In this document: in pieces, positions 1-9,062 of the stretch
How the letters are laid out: each line of letters opens with the position of its first letter
How positions within the stretch are numbered: position 1 is the stretch's first letter
Notes under the pieces: generated by a model
What the model saw: only the letters and a program-made list of their open reading frames with translations
Told to the model about the DNA's origin: nothing
Databases searched by the model: none
IMG/VR virus record: IMGVR_UViG_3300044699_000112
Location: 10,234 to 74,233 of that record
From: a virus
Length of the DNA: 64,000 nucleotides
Reading direction: 5' to 3' (one strand)
Made by a program: the position numbers and the translations under genes

Positions 1-2
1 AG

Positions 3-398
3 GAAAAGAACGAGGTGCTGCCGCGGATCCGCATTCACGACAAGTGCCCGATCCTGATTGAGACCTTCCCCAAACTCATCAGCGATTACCCCAACAATCC
101 CGAGGACGTGAAGAAGTTCGATAGCACCGAGACCACGATCGGTGACGATCCGGCGGACTCGCTCCGCTACGGCTGCATGGGCTTCAAAGACCATGAGTCG
201 AAGGTCCCGCGCGATGTCTACATCGGCGAGGAAATCGACCGCATTGCCGCGGCCAATCCGCAGGATCAGGACTTCAACATGAAAATCCTGATCGCTCAGC
301 AGGCGCAGCGAAGGTACGATAAACAAAATAATGAAAACGCGGAGTGCGTTCTGCTGCGTGACGCTATGCTAGCCAGGAAAGGTCAGATGAAACAATGA
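3..398 (+). CDS. Terminase large subunit, C-terminal nuclease end (5'-truncated by window)
   Basis: C..LIE.....…D.P.D.LRY (GDDPADSLRYG) is typical of the terminase RNase H-like C-terminus; lies upstream of the portal gene; frame is open from the window start. Confidence 0.75.
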   Translation, partial: EKNEVLPRIRIHDKCPILIETFPKLISDYPNNPEDVKKFDSTETTIGDDPADSLRYGCMGFKDHESKVPRDVYIGEEIDRIAAANPQDQDFNMKILIAQQAQRRYDKQNNENAECVLLRDAMLARKGQMKQ

Positions 399-757
399 GC
401 CCAACAATGGATCCCGAGTTAGGCGCACCGCCGCGCTCGCTGGAAGATGTTGCGCCGCCGCCGCCCCCGGCGCCTAAACGATCCGAGGCCACGGGCCCGG
501 TGAAGAAAGTCGGCGCCACCTCGCCGACTCACGAGTCCGTCAATTATACGAGTGCGGCCGAACGCTGCGAGACGTGCGAACACTTCAACGAGGAAGAAAT
601 GAAGTGCAACAAGCACAACTTTGAAGCTGAGCCCGAGGGCCACTGCGACGACTTCGAGTTGCTGGGCGCCGGTGAAGGCGGCGGCGAAGCGGTGGGCGAG
701 GTCCCGCTCGAGGAGGGCGGGGAAGAGGAAGAAGATCTCGAAGAAGAAGTGTACTGA
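395..757 (+). CDS. Acidic protein with a HiPIP-like four-cysteine motif
   Basis: VNY...RCETCEHF....KC.......EGHCDDF; overlaps terminase stop (ATGA); very acidic tail. Confidence 0.55.
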   Translation: MSPTMDPELGAPPRSLEDVAPPPPPAPKRSEATGPVKKVGATSPTHESVNYTSAAERCETCEHFNEEEMKCNKHNFEAEPEGHCDDFELLGAGEGGGEAVGEVPLEEGGEEEEDLEEEVY

Positions 758-759
758 CC

Positions 760-1161
760 ATGCGGCCCGGTTTCTGGACTTCCCTCATCCTGCTCATACC
801 GGGCGTGCGCCGCGCGTTCGACATCGCCGCGGAGAAGTCGCTTGAGGCGGCCCGATTCCAGGGCGAAATACTCGCCATGCGCTCACGCATCGACACCCTA
901 GAGACCGAGCGCGCCGACATGAGCCGGGAGAAAGACGCCGCCTACAAGCTGGTGATCAATGTTTTCTCACAATATGCGTGGGGGACCAAGCAGTTTGCTG
1001 AAGCGAGCGGGATGCCGCCGCAGTTCCATCCCCAGGGCGGGGCGATGCCCGCCGATTCCATCAACGCGAGCGCGCTGATCGAACGGGGCAATAAGCAGGC
1101 GATGGAAGACTTCCTCCGCGAAATGGACAATCGGGGATACCAGGAAGCCGGGAGCACTTAA
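760..1161 (+). CDS. Hypothetical protein (N-terminal hydrophobic segment, coiled coil)
   Basis: Tightly packed ORF in the packaging operon. Confidence 0.6.
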   Translation: MRPGFWTSLILLIPGVRRAFDIAAEKSLEAARFQGEILAMRSRIDTLETERADMSREKDAAYKLVINVFSQYAWGTKQFAEASGMPPQFHPQGGAMPADSINASALIERGNKQAMEDFLREMDNRGYQEAGST

Positions 1162-1557
1162 ATGGCTGAATATAACGGACGGCCGATCACGCGCTACGGT
1201 TCACCGGCCACCAAGTTCAACACCAAGCTCTCGTTCGACGAGGAGTTGCGGTTCCAGAAGCACAAGGCCGTCCACTCGCCGCAAGATTCGGGCGAGGACT
1301 ACGACGAGCGCGGCGCATGGCTCGCCGGGCAGAAGTCCGATCAGACCAAGGGCGAGCACGGCAACGACCTCTGGAAGAAGCCCAACCATCCGACGCAGTC
1401 GGACGAAAGCCTCTACGCCGGTCACGGCCCGGCTGGCAAATGGCTCCCCGAGGGCGGCTACGTGCCCCACGGCGGACTGCTCAAGGCCAAGCTCCAGGAT
1501 GAGATCAAGGCCGCGCGCCCCAAAGGCAACCGCACCCGGTACTGGGAACAGGAGTAA
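1162..1557 (+). CDS. Conserved phage protein of unknown function
   Basis: DYD.RGAW...H..D.WKKPNHPT.S.ES.Y motif resembles one seen in other phage proteins; operon packing. Confidence 0.6.
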   Translation: MAEYNGRPITRYGSPATKFNTKLSFDEELRFQKHKAVHSPQDSGEDYDERGAWLAGQKSDQTKGEHGNDLWKKPNHPTQSDESLYAGHGPAGKWLPEGGYVPHGGLLKAKLQDEIKAARPKGNRTRYWEQE

Positions 1558-1560
1558 ACG

Positions 1561-3849
1561 TTGATCGCCGATACCGATTCCAAAACAGTCGTAACGCCCG
1601 CGGACTTCGTCCAGGTGCACTCGCAGGCCCTCGGCAAGTGGATCATCGAGGATCTCGACCGACCGCTTTCGGCGGCCCGCTGCGCCCAACTTCTCCGGGC
1701 CAAGCGGGCCCTTTTCTACTGGGAGGGGAAGCAGTACGGCCACCTCAAGTGGGACTCGCATCTGGGCGCGTTCGATTGGGTTCCGATGGATTTTAAAGAG
1801 GAAACCCAGCGCGTTTTTGCGAACGTGTACAACATCATCTATAGCGACGGCCAGAAGTTCAACTCGCTCGTAGGCCAGCGGAGATTGAATCAAAAAGCGG
1901 TTCCTGACGACGCGAAGAATTACACCCAGTTGCAGGTGGCCTCGAAGGCCAACACGATGGCGCGGCATCTGCTCAGATATTGGAAGCTGCAGCGCCGGGC
2001 GCCGAACGAAATCGCCGAGGTCGTCTGGAATACCGGGCCGGTGTTCGGCTTCGTCGATCACGTGGTTGACGGAAGGAAGCACGGCTTCCATACCGAGCCG
2101 GTCTATGGCCTCGAAGAGGTCGAAGGCCCCGGTGAAATGGTCTGCGCAGTGTGCGGCGGCAAGAGCCCCGAGGGGAGCCCTGCGTGCGAGAACTGCGGCT
2201 CGCCGCTTGACCCGATGTCGTCCCCCACGGTCCCCGGCCCGCCGATCCAGCAGACGATCCAGATGGGCGAGATGGAATACGCCAAGGGCATGCCGGAATT
2301 GCAACTGCTCAGTTGCGTCCAGGTGATGGTCCCGTATGACGCCAAGTGGATCGATGACGATTGCGAGTGGCTCGACTACTCGTTCCCACTCACCAAGCTG
2401 AAAGCCAAGCTCGTGCTGCAGCGCCTCAACGCGGCGAAGAAAGACATGTCGCCGCTCGCCGATTGGGACACCGACGAGAACGTGGCCGAAGCCGCGCGCA
2501 TGCTCGAAGAGATTCAGAATCCCAACGACCGGACGATCGATCGCACCGCCGAAACGGTGAGCTACGGCCGACGCTGGCTGAACCCGAAGGCGTACGACGG
2601 GATGCCGCGCGAGATCCGCCGCGCCGCCGAGCGGCTCTACCCCGATGGCTGCCTCATTCATCGCATGGGCGGGCGCCCGGTAGCGGTGGATGCGGCGAAG
2701 ATGACCGAGCACTGGAGCGTCTGCAAAAGCGGGACCAATGCGTATATCAATGGGCCAGGGCTCGCGCACACCATCATCGGGCAGCAGGACAGCATCAACA
2801 ATTTTTGGAATATGGCTGATGAAACGGTGATGCGAGGGATCCCCAAGCACATTGTCGACAGTCAGATTCTCAATCCGGAGACGGTCAAGAAATCCGGCAC
2901 AGTGGGCGAGCTCCTGTTCACCAGGACCGGCGGCGTCGACTTGCAAAAAGCGTTTGTCACGATCCCCACCGCGGTCCTGCACAACGGGCTGATGCCGGTG
3001 GCCGAGGCGATGCGGCAGTACACGCGCGAGGCCGACAACATTCAGCCCGCGTTGTTCGGAGGCGGCGATCCGGCGCCGACGTGGCGCCAGGACCAGCAGC
3101 AGAAGGCAGGCGCCCTGCAGGGCCTGCAGCTTCCGTTTGAGGGCATGCAGAACTTTGTGTCGGACATGCTCGAGGACGGCGTGCGCCTGGGCGCCCGTCA
3201 CGGCATCGGCGAGGTGACAGTTCCCTCGACCGGCTTCGGCGAGGTGGGCGAATCCATCGATCTCGCCGAGCTCCAGGAAGAGGGCTGGCATATCGAGGCG
3301 GTCGACACCGCGCCGCAGTCCTTCACCGAAAAAGTGACCAAGCTCAGCGGACTCGCGCAGGAGGCGCCGCAGCTTGCTGCTTCCATCGGCCTGGGTCATC
3401 CGATCAACGCCGCGCAAACGAAGGCGTACTTTGGGGTCGATGATTTTTATGCGCCGGGCGAGTTCATGTTCTCGATGGTGATGGACCGGATCCAGAAGCT
3501 GCTCGGCGAGCCGACGATCCCGCCGCAGATGGATCCGATGACCGGCCAGCCCCTGGTCGACCCGATGAGCGGGATGCCTGCGGTCGAGACGAGCTCTGTC
3601 CCGGTCGATCCATTCCTCGACCAGGACCATACGACGATCGCGACGATCATCCGCGAGTGGTGCATGTCCCCGGCCGGTCAGCAGGCCGCTGCGGACCCGT
3701 CACAGTACTTCCAGAATGTGAAGCTTCACGGCCAGGAACAGGACGCCGCGGCGCAGGCCGCAATGATGGCGATGCAGCCCCCGCCCGCCGAAGGCGGCGA
3801 AGCACCGCCTGCAGGGCCTCCCGCAGAAACTGCTGCGCCACCACAATAA
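1561..3849 (+). CDS. Portal protein with an inserted double zinc ribbon
   Basis: 762 aa between terminase and scaffold/capsid; P22-like portal size; Q/P-rich tail; CAVC...CENC insertion. Confidence 0.75.
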   Translation: MIADTDSKTVVTPADFVQVHSQALGKWIIEDLDRPLSAARCAQLLRAKRALFYWEGKQYGHLKWDSHLGAFDWVPMDFKEETQRVFANVYNIIYSDGQKFNSLVGQRRLNQKAVPDDAKNYTQLQVASKANTMARHLLRYWKLQRRAPNEIAEVVWNTGPVFGFVDHVVDGRKHGFHTEPVYGLEEVEGPGEMVCAVCGGKSPEGSPACENCGSPLDPMSSPTVPGPPIQQTIQMGEMEYAKGMPELQLLSCVQVMVPYDAKWIDDDCEWLDYSFPLTKLKAKLVLQRLNAAKKDMSPLADWDTDENVAEAARMLEEIQNPNDRTIDRTAETVSYGRRWLNPKAYDGMPREIRRAAERLYPDGCLIHRMGGRPVAVDAAKMTEHWSVCKSGTNAYINGPGLAHTIIGQQDSINNFWNMADETVMRGIPKHIVDSQILNPETVKKSGTVGELLFTRTGGVDLQKAFVTIPTAVLHNGLMPVAEAMRQYTREADNIQPALFGGGDPAPTWRQDQQQKAGALQGLQLPFEGMQNFVSDMLEDGVRLGARHGIGEVTVPSTGFGEVGESIDLAELQEEGWHIEAVDTAPQSFTEKVTKLSGLAQEAPQLAASIGLGHPINAAQTKAYFGVDDFYAPGEFMFSMVMDRIQKLLGEPTIPPQMDPMTGQPLVDPMSGMPAVETSSVPVDPFLDQDHTTIATIIREWCMSPAGQQAAADPSQYFQNVKLHGQEQDAAAQAAMMAMQPPPAEGGEAPPAGPPAETAAPPQ

Positions 3850-3871
3850 ACTCGTGTTATAAATATCTCCA

Positions 3872-5281
3872 ATGGAAGATCCCGGAGTCGTTGCAGCCTC
3901 TTCGACGCCCGCTGCAACAACCGTTAGCGCCGAGCTCGACGCGATGTTCGAAGACGTTTCGAGCGAGGCGACCGAGACGGAAGCGGCTTCTCCCGAGACG
4001 GAAACGACCACAAGCGAGACGATTGCGCAGGACTCCACCGTCCAGCCGCGCTCGCCCGAAAGCGACGACGAACCTGCCATAGAAGCAGCCGACACCGACA
4101 CGACCACCACCGAGGTGGCCAAGGCCCCCCTTGAAGCGACGCCGGTCCCCGAAGATGAGCGCGGCGGCGAAGAGTACGAGGTCCGCGGCAAGAAGTGGAT
4201 CCGGTACCCCGAAGCCCGCGGCCGGGAAGTCTACGCCGGGTATCAGGCGGCCAAGAGCTTATCCAGGGAGCTCGGCCTGCAGGGCCCGGTGACTCCCGAA
4301 GCCGTCAAGGCGCTGGCTTCGGACAAGCAACTCCTCGACGCAATCGACTTCGACGTGATGTCGAGCGATCCGGTCGATCAGGCCAAGGCGTTCCGTTACC
4401 TGTTCACCACCGCCAAGAAGGCGCACGACGCCGGGCACACCGCGCACAACCCGCACGAGACGATGGCCGACGCCATGCTCCACGCGGCCGCGACCGCGGC
4501 GCCCGAGGTGATCCAGGGGATCGAGCAGCGCGTCAACTCCCACACCTTCGACAAGCTCTATCAGAAGGCCCTGGCGGCCGGGCTGGACACCGAAGCAGGC
4601 CGGGACCTGCTCGCCTCGGTGCAGCGCGCCGATCAGGCGCTGACCGGGACCTTCCGCAAGAAGGCCGAAGTGGCCGCGCAGCAGCAGGCGGCCGATCCGC
4701 TCGCCGTCCGAGCCCAGGAGCTCGACAAGCAAGAGAACAGAATCCGACAGTACGAGGCAGAGCAGGCCGAAGCGGCCCAGCGGCAATGGGACAAGGCGAC
4801 CAACGCCGCCATCGAGACGGGTGTCTCTGGGTCCATTGCCGCGACGATCAAGCCGGTCGTCGCCTCGTTGAAGAATTTTCCCCAGACGCAGAAGAACGTG
4901 GAAATACGCCTGCGCGAGGAGATTAAAACGGCGTTCCTGTCCGACCCGAAATTTAAGGTCGAGCGGGATCGCTATTTCAAGCAAGCTAACATTGCCGGAA
5001 CTGAACAGATTCGGGATGGGTGGCGAGCGCGCATCGTTCAGCTATACACCTCCAGGGCAGAGCAGGTGCTTCGAGAGAAGGCTCCTGCCATTCTGTCCGA
5101 GTCCGCGATGGCCATTAAAGCCAAAAGCGATAAGACTCACGAGAGGCTCAAAGGTACGCAGCAGCTACGCGGGACGCCCGCTGGGGGAAGTTCTCCCAAC
5201 GGCACGACGGGGCCACCATCCGGCAGCGAAAAGTTCGACAGCAAAAGCTGGGCGCGCGAAATCGACGCCGCATTCAACTAA
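3872..5281 (+). CDS. Capsid scaffolding protein
   Basis: Acidic disordered N-terminus, helical coiled coil, short C-terminal helix; directly upstream of the capsid gene. Confidence 0.65.
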   Translation: MEDPGVVAASSTPAATTVSAELDAMFEDVSSEATETEAASPETETTTSETIAQDSTVQPRSPESDDEPAIEAADTDTTTTEVAKAPLEATPVPEDERGGEEYEVRGKKWIRYPEARGREVYAGYQAAKSLSRELGLQGPVTPEAVKALASDKQLLDAIDFDVMSSDPVDQAKAFRYLFTTAKKAHDAGHTAHNPHETMADAMLHAAATAAPEVIQGIEQRVNSHTFDKLYQKALAAGLDTEAGRDLLASVQRADQALTGTFRKKAEVAAQQQAADPLAVRAQELDKQENRIRQYEAEQAEAAQRQWDKATNAAIETGVSGSIAATIKPVVASLKNFPQTQKNVEIRLREEIKTAFLSDPKFKVERDRYFKQANIAGTEQIRDGWRARIVQLYTSRAEQVLREKAPAILSESAMAIKAKSDKTHERLKGTQQLRGTPAGGSSPNGTTGPPSGSEKFDSKSWAREIDAAFN

Positions 5282-5326
5282 CCGTCACTCCAGGCGTGGC
5301 ATTGTTCTGACTCAATAGGGAGAACT

Positions 5327-6583
5327 ATGGCCACCGATCTCGTTTTTGCGCAGATGGAAAAAGTCGCGCCCAAGCTACCGGAATGGTTTGGGAAATTCGA
5401 CAACGTAGTAAACATGATCAACTCCAAAGCCGACGTGGAGAAGGTCTCAGAGCGCGATTTCCGCGCCACTTATTTGACGACCAATGGCGGAAGGGTTGGC
5501 ACGTACAATCCTGACGGCGGCGGGCTGGGACTGGGCTCGGCGCAGGAAGGCGGCGTGATGATCACGACTTACTTCCCTTTCTCGTTTCGTGGTCAGATCA
5601 CGCAACTGGCGTCCCGTGCTACTGCGGCTGCCGAGCAGAGTCGTTTGCAGGGCTTCAAGAAGCTCCTCAAAACGATGATCCCGGATTTCTCTGACTTCCT
5701 GGACCGCGCGTGGCACATGGGCGACGGCACCGCGGTGCTCGGCACTTCGCTCTCATTCTCGACCGTGGGCGGCAAGACCGTGTATGTGATGGACACCGCC
5801 AACGGCGTCCAGGGCTTTCGCAGGGGCGAATGGTATCAGGTCTACGACACGGCGCTGGCGGCTCCCAAGGCGGGCGGGCCGTTCAAGCTCCTGACCATCA
5901 ACTACGCGACTCGCGCGCTGACGTTCGCGGTGACGATCGCGGGCGCGGCCGCCGGAGACAAGATCTGCTTTGAAGGCACCAGCGGCGCCACGCCAGGGGG
6001 TCTGAAGGGTTTGCTCTATCACAACAACATCGCCACTTCGGGCACCACGCACGGTGTGAACCGCGCCAACGAGCCCGAGATCCTCGTCAACGTGCGCGAC
6101 GGCGGCAACTCCGTGCCAACCGTGCAGATGGGCATGCAGATCGCTCATCAGATCATCGAGCGGCGCAAAATTGACCAGGGCACTCCGGCCGGAATGCAGG
6201 CCCTGGTGAATCAAAAACAACAAGCGAATATTCGCCAAAACGTGTACGACATGGCCAACTACGATCTGACCAACGGCAAGGCGAATGCCGACATCGGCGT
6301 GAAGGTCGACATGAAGTTCATGTTCGCCGGAGTGCCCGCGCAAGTAGACCCGCATCAGGCCACCAACCGCATCGATTACATCACTCCGCAAGACTGGTCG
6401 ATCGCCGAGATCGACCCAGTCGGATGGTTTGAGATGAACGGCAACAAGCTGTTTCCGCTCTATGCAACAGACGGCTCTCCGGCCGCCACGGCGTGGTTCG
6501 CGTTGTATGTATTACGCGACTATTTGTGTCAAAATTTTGGCAACGCGGGGGTGATTTACAACCTCGCGCAACCGACCTACTAG
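5327..6583 (+). CDS. Major capsid protein (HK97 fold expected)
   Basis: 418 aa after scaffold; GGGAG RBS; MGDGTAVL and GLKGL..…HGVNR motifs typical of P22-coat-like capsids; followed by a hairpin. Confidence 0.75.
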   Translation: MATDLVFAQMEKVAPKLPEWFGKFDNVVNMINSKADVEKVSERDFRATYLTTNGGRVGTYNPDGGGLGLGSAQEGGVMITTYFPFSFRGQITQLASRATAAAEQSRLQGFKKLLKTMIPDFSDFLDRAWHMGDGTAVLGTSLSFSTVGGKTVYVMDTANGVQGFRRGEWYQVYDTALAAPKAGGPFKLLTINYATRALTFAVTIAGAAAGDKICFEGTSGATPGGLKGLLYHNNIATSGTTHGVNRANEPEILVNVRDGGNSVPTVQMGMQIAHQIIERRKIDQGTPAGMQALVNQKQQANIRQNVYDMANYDLTNGKANADIGVKVDMKFMFAGVPAQVDPHQATNRIDYITPQDWSIAEIDPVGWFEMNGNKLFPLYATDGSPAATAWFALYVLRDYLCQNFGNAGVIYNLAQPTY

Positions 6584-6594
6584 CAAGGTCAAAT

Positions 6595-6622
6595 CGGGGC
6601 CGGATATGCCAGCCCGGCCCCG
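6595..6622 (+). terminator. GC-rich hairpin after the capsid gene (terminator or mRNA stabiliser)
   Basis: CGGGGCCGG-N10-CCGGCCCCG; no strong U-tract. Confidence 0.4.
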
Positions 6623-7235
6623 AAAATTATCCACTTACATGGAACAAAAGCTACTTGCCGAGCTCAACGGGCGCCTCGCCACGGAGTTCGGGAGGAACCA
6701 TCTTGGCGAGAACAACTACAAGTGGAGCCTGACCCAGGACCTCTGGGGCTTCGAGCATAAGGGCCACTTAGTCCCCCGGCAGATCCTCACGCCGGGCGGT
6801 CCCTTGTGGGCGGTCGAGTCGCGCTACGAACGCTTCACAGTGGCGGACATCGTGGGCGCCAACCGCTGGGCCTTCAGCAAGTGGTCCCACATGCGGCGCG
6901 GCGAGTGGATGGCTATCTTCGGCGAGTCCTGGCCGTACCCGGCGCGCGGTGAATATCACCTAGTCGGCAGCCCGATGCCGGATGGCGAGGAGCCCTGCCA
7001 CAAGTCGACAGAGACGCTCATCTTCCATCTCCGGATCCATTTGGGGATGACTCTCGAGGATCACGAGCAGGATCTGCTGGTGAAGCTCGAGGAGAAGCGG
7101 CGCATCGAGACCGGCCCGGTGTCCGACGCGATCGACGACGCAATGTTCGCCTTCTCGCATCTGCCCGGCGCCAAGGATCACGTATCCCTTCCAACGAAAG
7201 AATTCCGAGAGAACCAGGAGACATCAGTTGAGTAA
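6606..7235 (+). CDS. Hypothetical protein (start may be ATG 6639)
   Basis: ORF in head operon with normal codon usage. Confidence 0.6.
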   Translation: MPARPRKLSTYMEQKLLAELNGRLATEFGRNHLGENNYKWSLTQDLWGFEHKGHLVPRQILTPGGPLWAVESRYERFTVADIVGANRWAFSKWSHMRRGEWMAIFGESWPYPARGEYHLVGSPMPDGEEPCHKSTETLIFHLRIHLGMTLEDHEQDLLVKLEEKRRIETGPVSDAIDDAMFAFSHLPGAKDHVSLPTKEFRENQETSVE

Positions 7236-7893
7236 GAGCATCATTTCGATCTGGCCGATGCAGGAGACCGCTTACCGTCCGCTGCACATGCCCAAGAATC
7301 CGGGCGAGTCGAATCTGTTCATCCTCCAGCCGGGATCGGTCGAGATCCCTTTCGTGCTGAGAGTCCCCGATTTCGACAATCACATTTACATGGGGAAGGG
7401 CGTTTCGCAGACCATTACCATTCCTTCCTACGAGACCGCCAACGATCTTGTGCGCCACTGGCGGGACGCCAAGAATTCGCCCGAGGACGGCGGCATTCCC
7501 GGCATCTGGCTCTCGCCGGTCGACAACCCGACGATGGAACAGGTGCTCTACTCCGAAGAGTTGGTCGACTACAGCGAGAAGCAGGTCATGTTCGCCTCAT
7601 CGAAGGTGCGCGAGGCCCGGCTCTTCGCCGCCCAGGGCGAGTGGCGGAACATCACCAAGCTGCATTTGTTTATGGGCAAGCTGCTCAATATCCAGGGCGA
7701 GCCGTGGCAGGACTTCGATGCCAAAGCCAAACTCGGGAAGGTGCGCTGCCCTTACTGCGATACGCCCATGCCGATCGGCGCCGCCATCTGCGGCACTTGC
7801 CGCGAGATCGTGGACATCGAGAAGTACAATCAGATTCGAGCGAGCCAGAATCTTCCTTTGAAGACCGTGGCCGCTGCTGCGAAGCCGAGCTAA
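7228..7893 (+). CDS. Hypothetical protein with C-terminal zinc ribbon
   Basis: CPYC...CGTC; GGAG RBS. Confidence 0.65.
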   Translation: MSKSIISIWPMQETAYRPLHMPKNPGESNLFILQPGSVEIPFVLRVPDFDNHIYMGKGVSQTITIPSYETANDLVRHWRDAKNSPEDGGIPGIWLSPVDNPTMEQVLYSEELVDYSEKQVMFASSKVREARLFAAQGEWRNITKLHLFMGKLLNIQGEPWQDFDAKAKLGKVRCPYCDTPMPIGAAICGTCREIVDIEKYNQIRASQNLPLKTVAAAAKPS

Positions 7894-7908
7894 GCGAGGT
7901 AACACGCT

Positions 7909-8607
7909 ATGGCCATCCCCACTGTTGAACAAGCGATCGAGGAGGCAGCATTCCACCTCGGAGACATCGCCAAGCGCCGGTTTACCATGCCGACGCTTCA
8001 GATGGCGGTGGGGCTGGCTTGGCGTGAAGTAATCGACGAGATGGTTAAGTGCCAGGACTCCCAGGTGGAGCTCCAGACCCTCTACGTGCTGCCTGCCGGT
8101 ACGTTGACGCTGACGCCGCAGACCGTGGGCATTACCAACTTCGGCCAACTCCTGCGGCTCGAGGAGCGGCCGAACGGTCAGCAGAACACGGCCTTTTTCC
8201 CCGTCGATTACACCGAGGTCATCCCGTTGCCTTGGAGCGCAACCGACAAGCTGGTCTACTACACGTGGCGCTCGGCAACCTTCACCTTCCCGCCCGCCAC
8301 GCGCGACATCGAGCTCCGGATCACCTTCTTGCATTCAGGTGACAATCCGGTGACGGGCACGCTGGGGATCGACAATTGCCTCACCGTCGTAGGCAAGCTG
8401 GCCGCGGCGCTGGCTGGCCCCACCAAGGGCCTCGCGGATATCCCCAAGCGGCTTCGCGACGAGGTGTACGTGTTTCCGAACCACATGCAGGCTTTGATCC
8501 AGCCCTCGCTGCGCATGCAGCAGGAGCGACGGATTCAACCTGCCGCGTACGCAGTCGGCAGTAACCGGCGCCGCCCCCGCGGCCAATATCCCTATTTTGG
8601 TCCGTAA
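7909..8607 (+). CDS. Head-tail adaptor / tail tubular protein A-like
   Basis: Size, helical N- and C-termini around a beta insert, and position before the tail-tube-B-like gene. Confidence 0.55.
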   Translation: MAIPTVEQAIEEAAFHLGDIAKRRFTMPTLQMAVGLAWREVIDEMVKCQDSQVELQTLYVLPAGTLTLTPQTVGITNFGQLLRLEERPNGQQNTAFFPVDYTEVIPLPWSATDKLVYYTWRSATFTFPPATRDIELRITFLHSGDNPVTGTLGIDNCLTVVGKLAAALAGPTKGLADIPKRLRDEVYVFPNHMQALIQPSLRMQQERRIQPAAYAVGSNRRRPRGQYPYFGP

Positions 8608-8643
8608 CGACATTTACCGTACTGGAGAAAATGGAACACCACC

Positions 8644-9059
8644 ATGTCCTTTGCAACTGAAAAGATTCCCGGCACTTACCTCTACAAATCCCGCACGCCG
8701 CAAGTGGCCAACGGGACGCTCACGCTCGCGCAGTTGAATGCGGGCCAGACTATCGTCGCGCCCGAAGGCCGACAAATTCAGATCACCGGCTTCCTGCTCC
8801 ACATGAACGGGACGTTTGGGGGCTTGACCGATATGCGCCTGCAGACCACCGAGACCGTGCCCACGCCGCTGGTGACCGTCGCGGCGGCCGGTATGGGCGA
8901 CACGATCATTCACACCGAGACGCTCGGCACGCATGTGATCGCTCCGCAGTACTGGACTCCCTGACCAAAGGCGCGGGCCTTGCGATCGCCAAGACCGGAG
9001 CCGCGGCGACCGGCGGCACCTCGATCGACTACACGGTTCACTACGTCAACGAGGGGTAA
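8644..9059 (+). CDS. Small beta-rich virion protein (frameshifted near 8960)
   Basis: ORF 8644-8964 continues in the shifted frame as LTKGAGLAIAKTGAAATGGTSIDYTVHYVNEG* after a CCC run. Confidence 0.55.
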
Positions 9060-9062
9060 GGG

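Noticed and set aside
1201-3630. Long antisense ORFs (also 29002-30693, 36902-38242, 44208-45296, 58333-59922, 60286-61641)
   Set aside because: These are shadow ORFs expected from high GC3 codon bias opposite real genes; they have no RBS or motifs.
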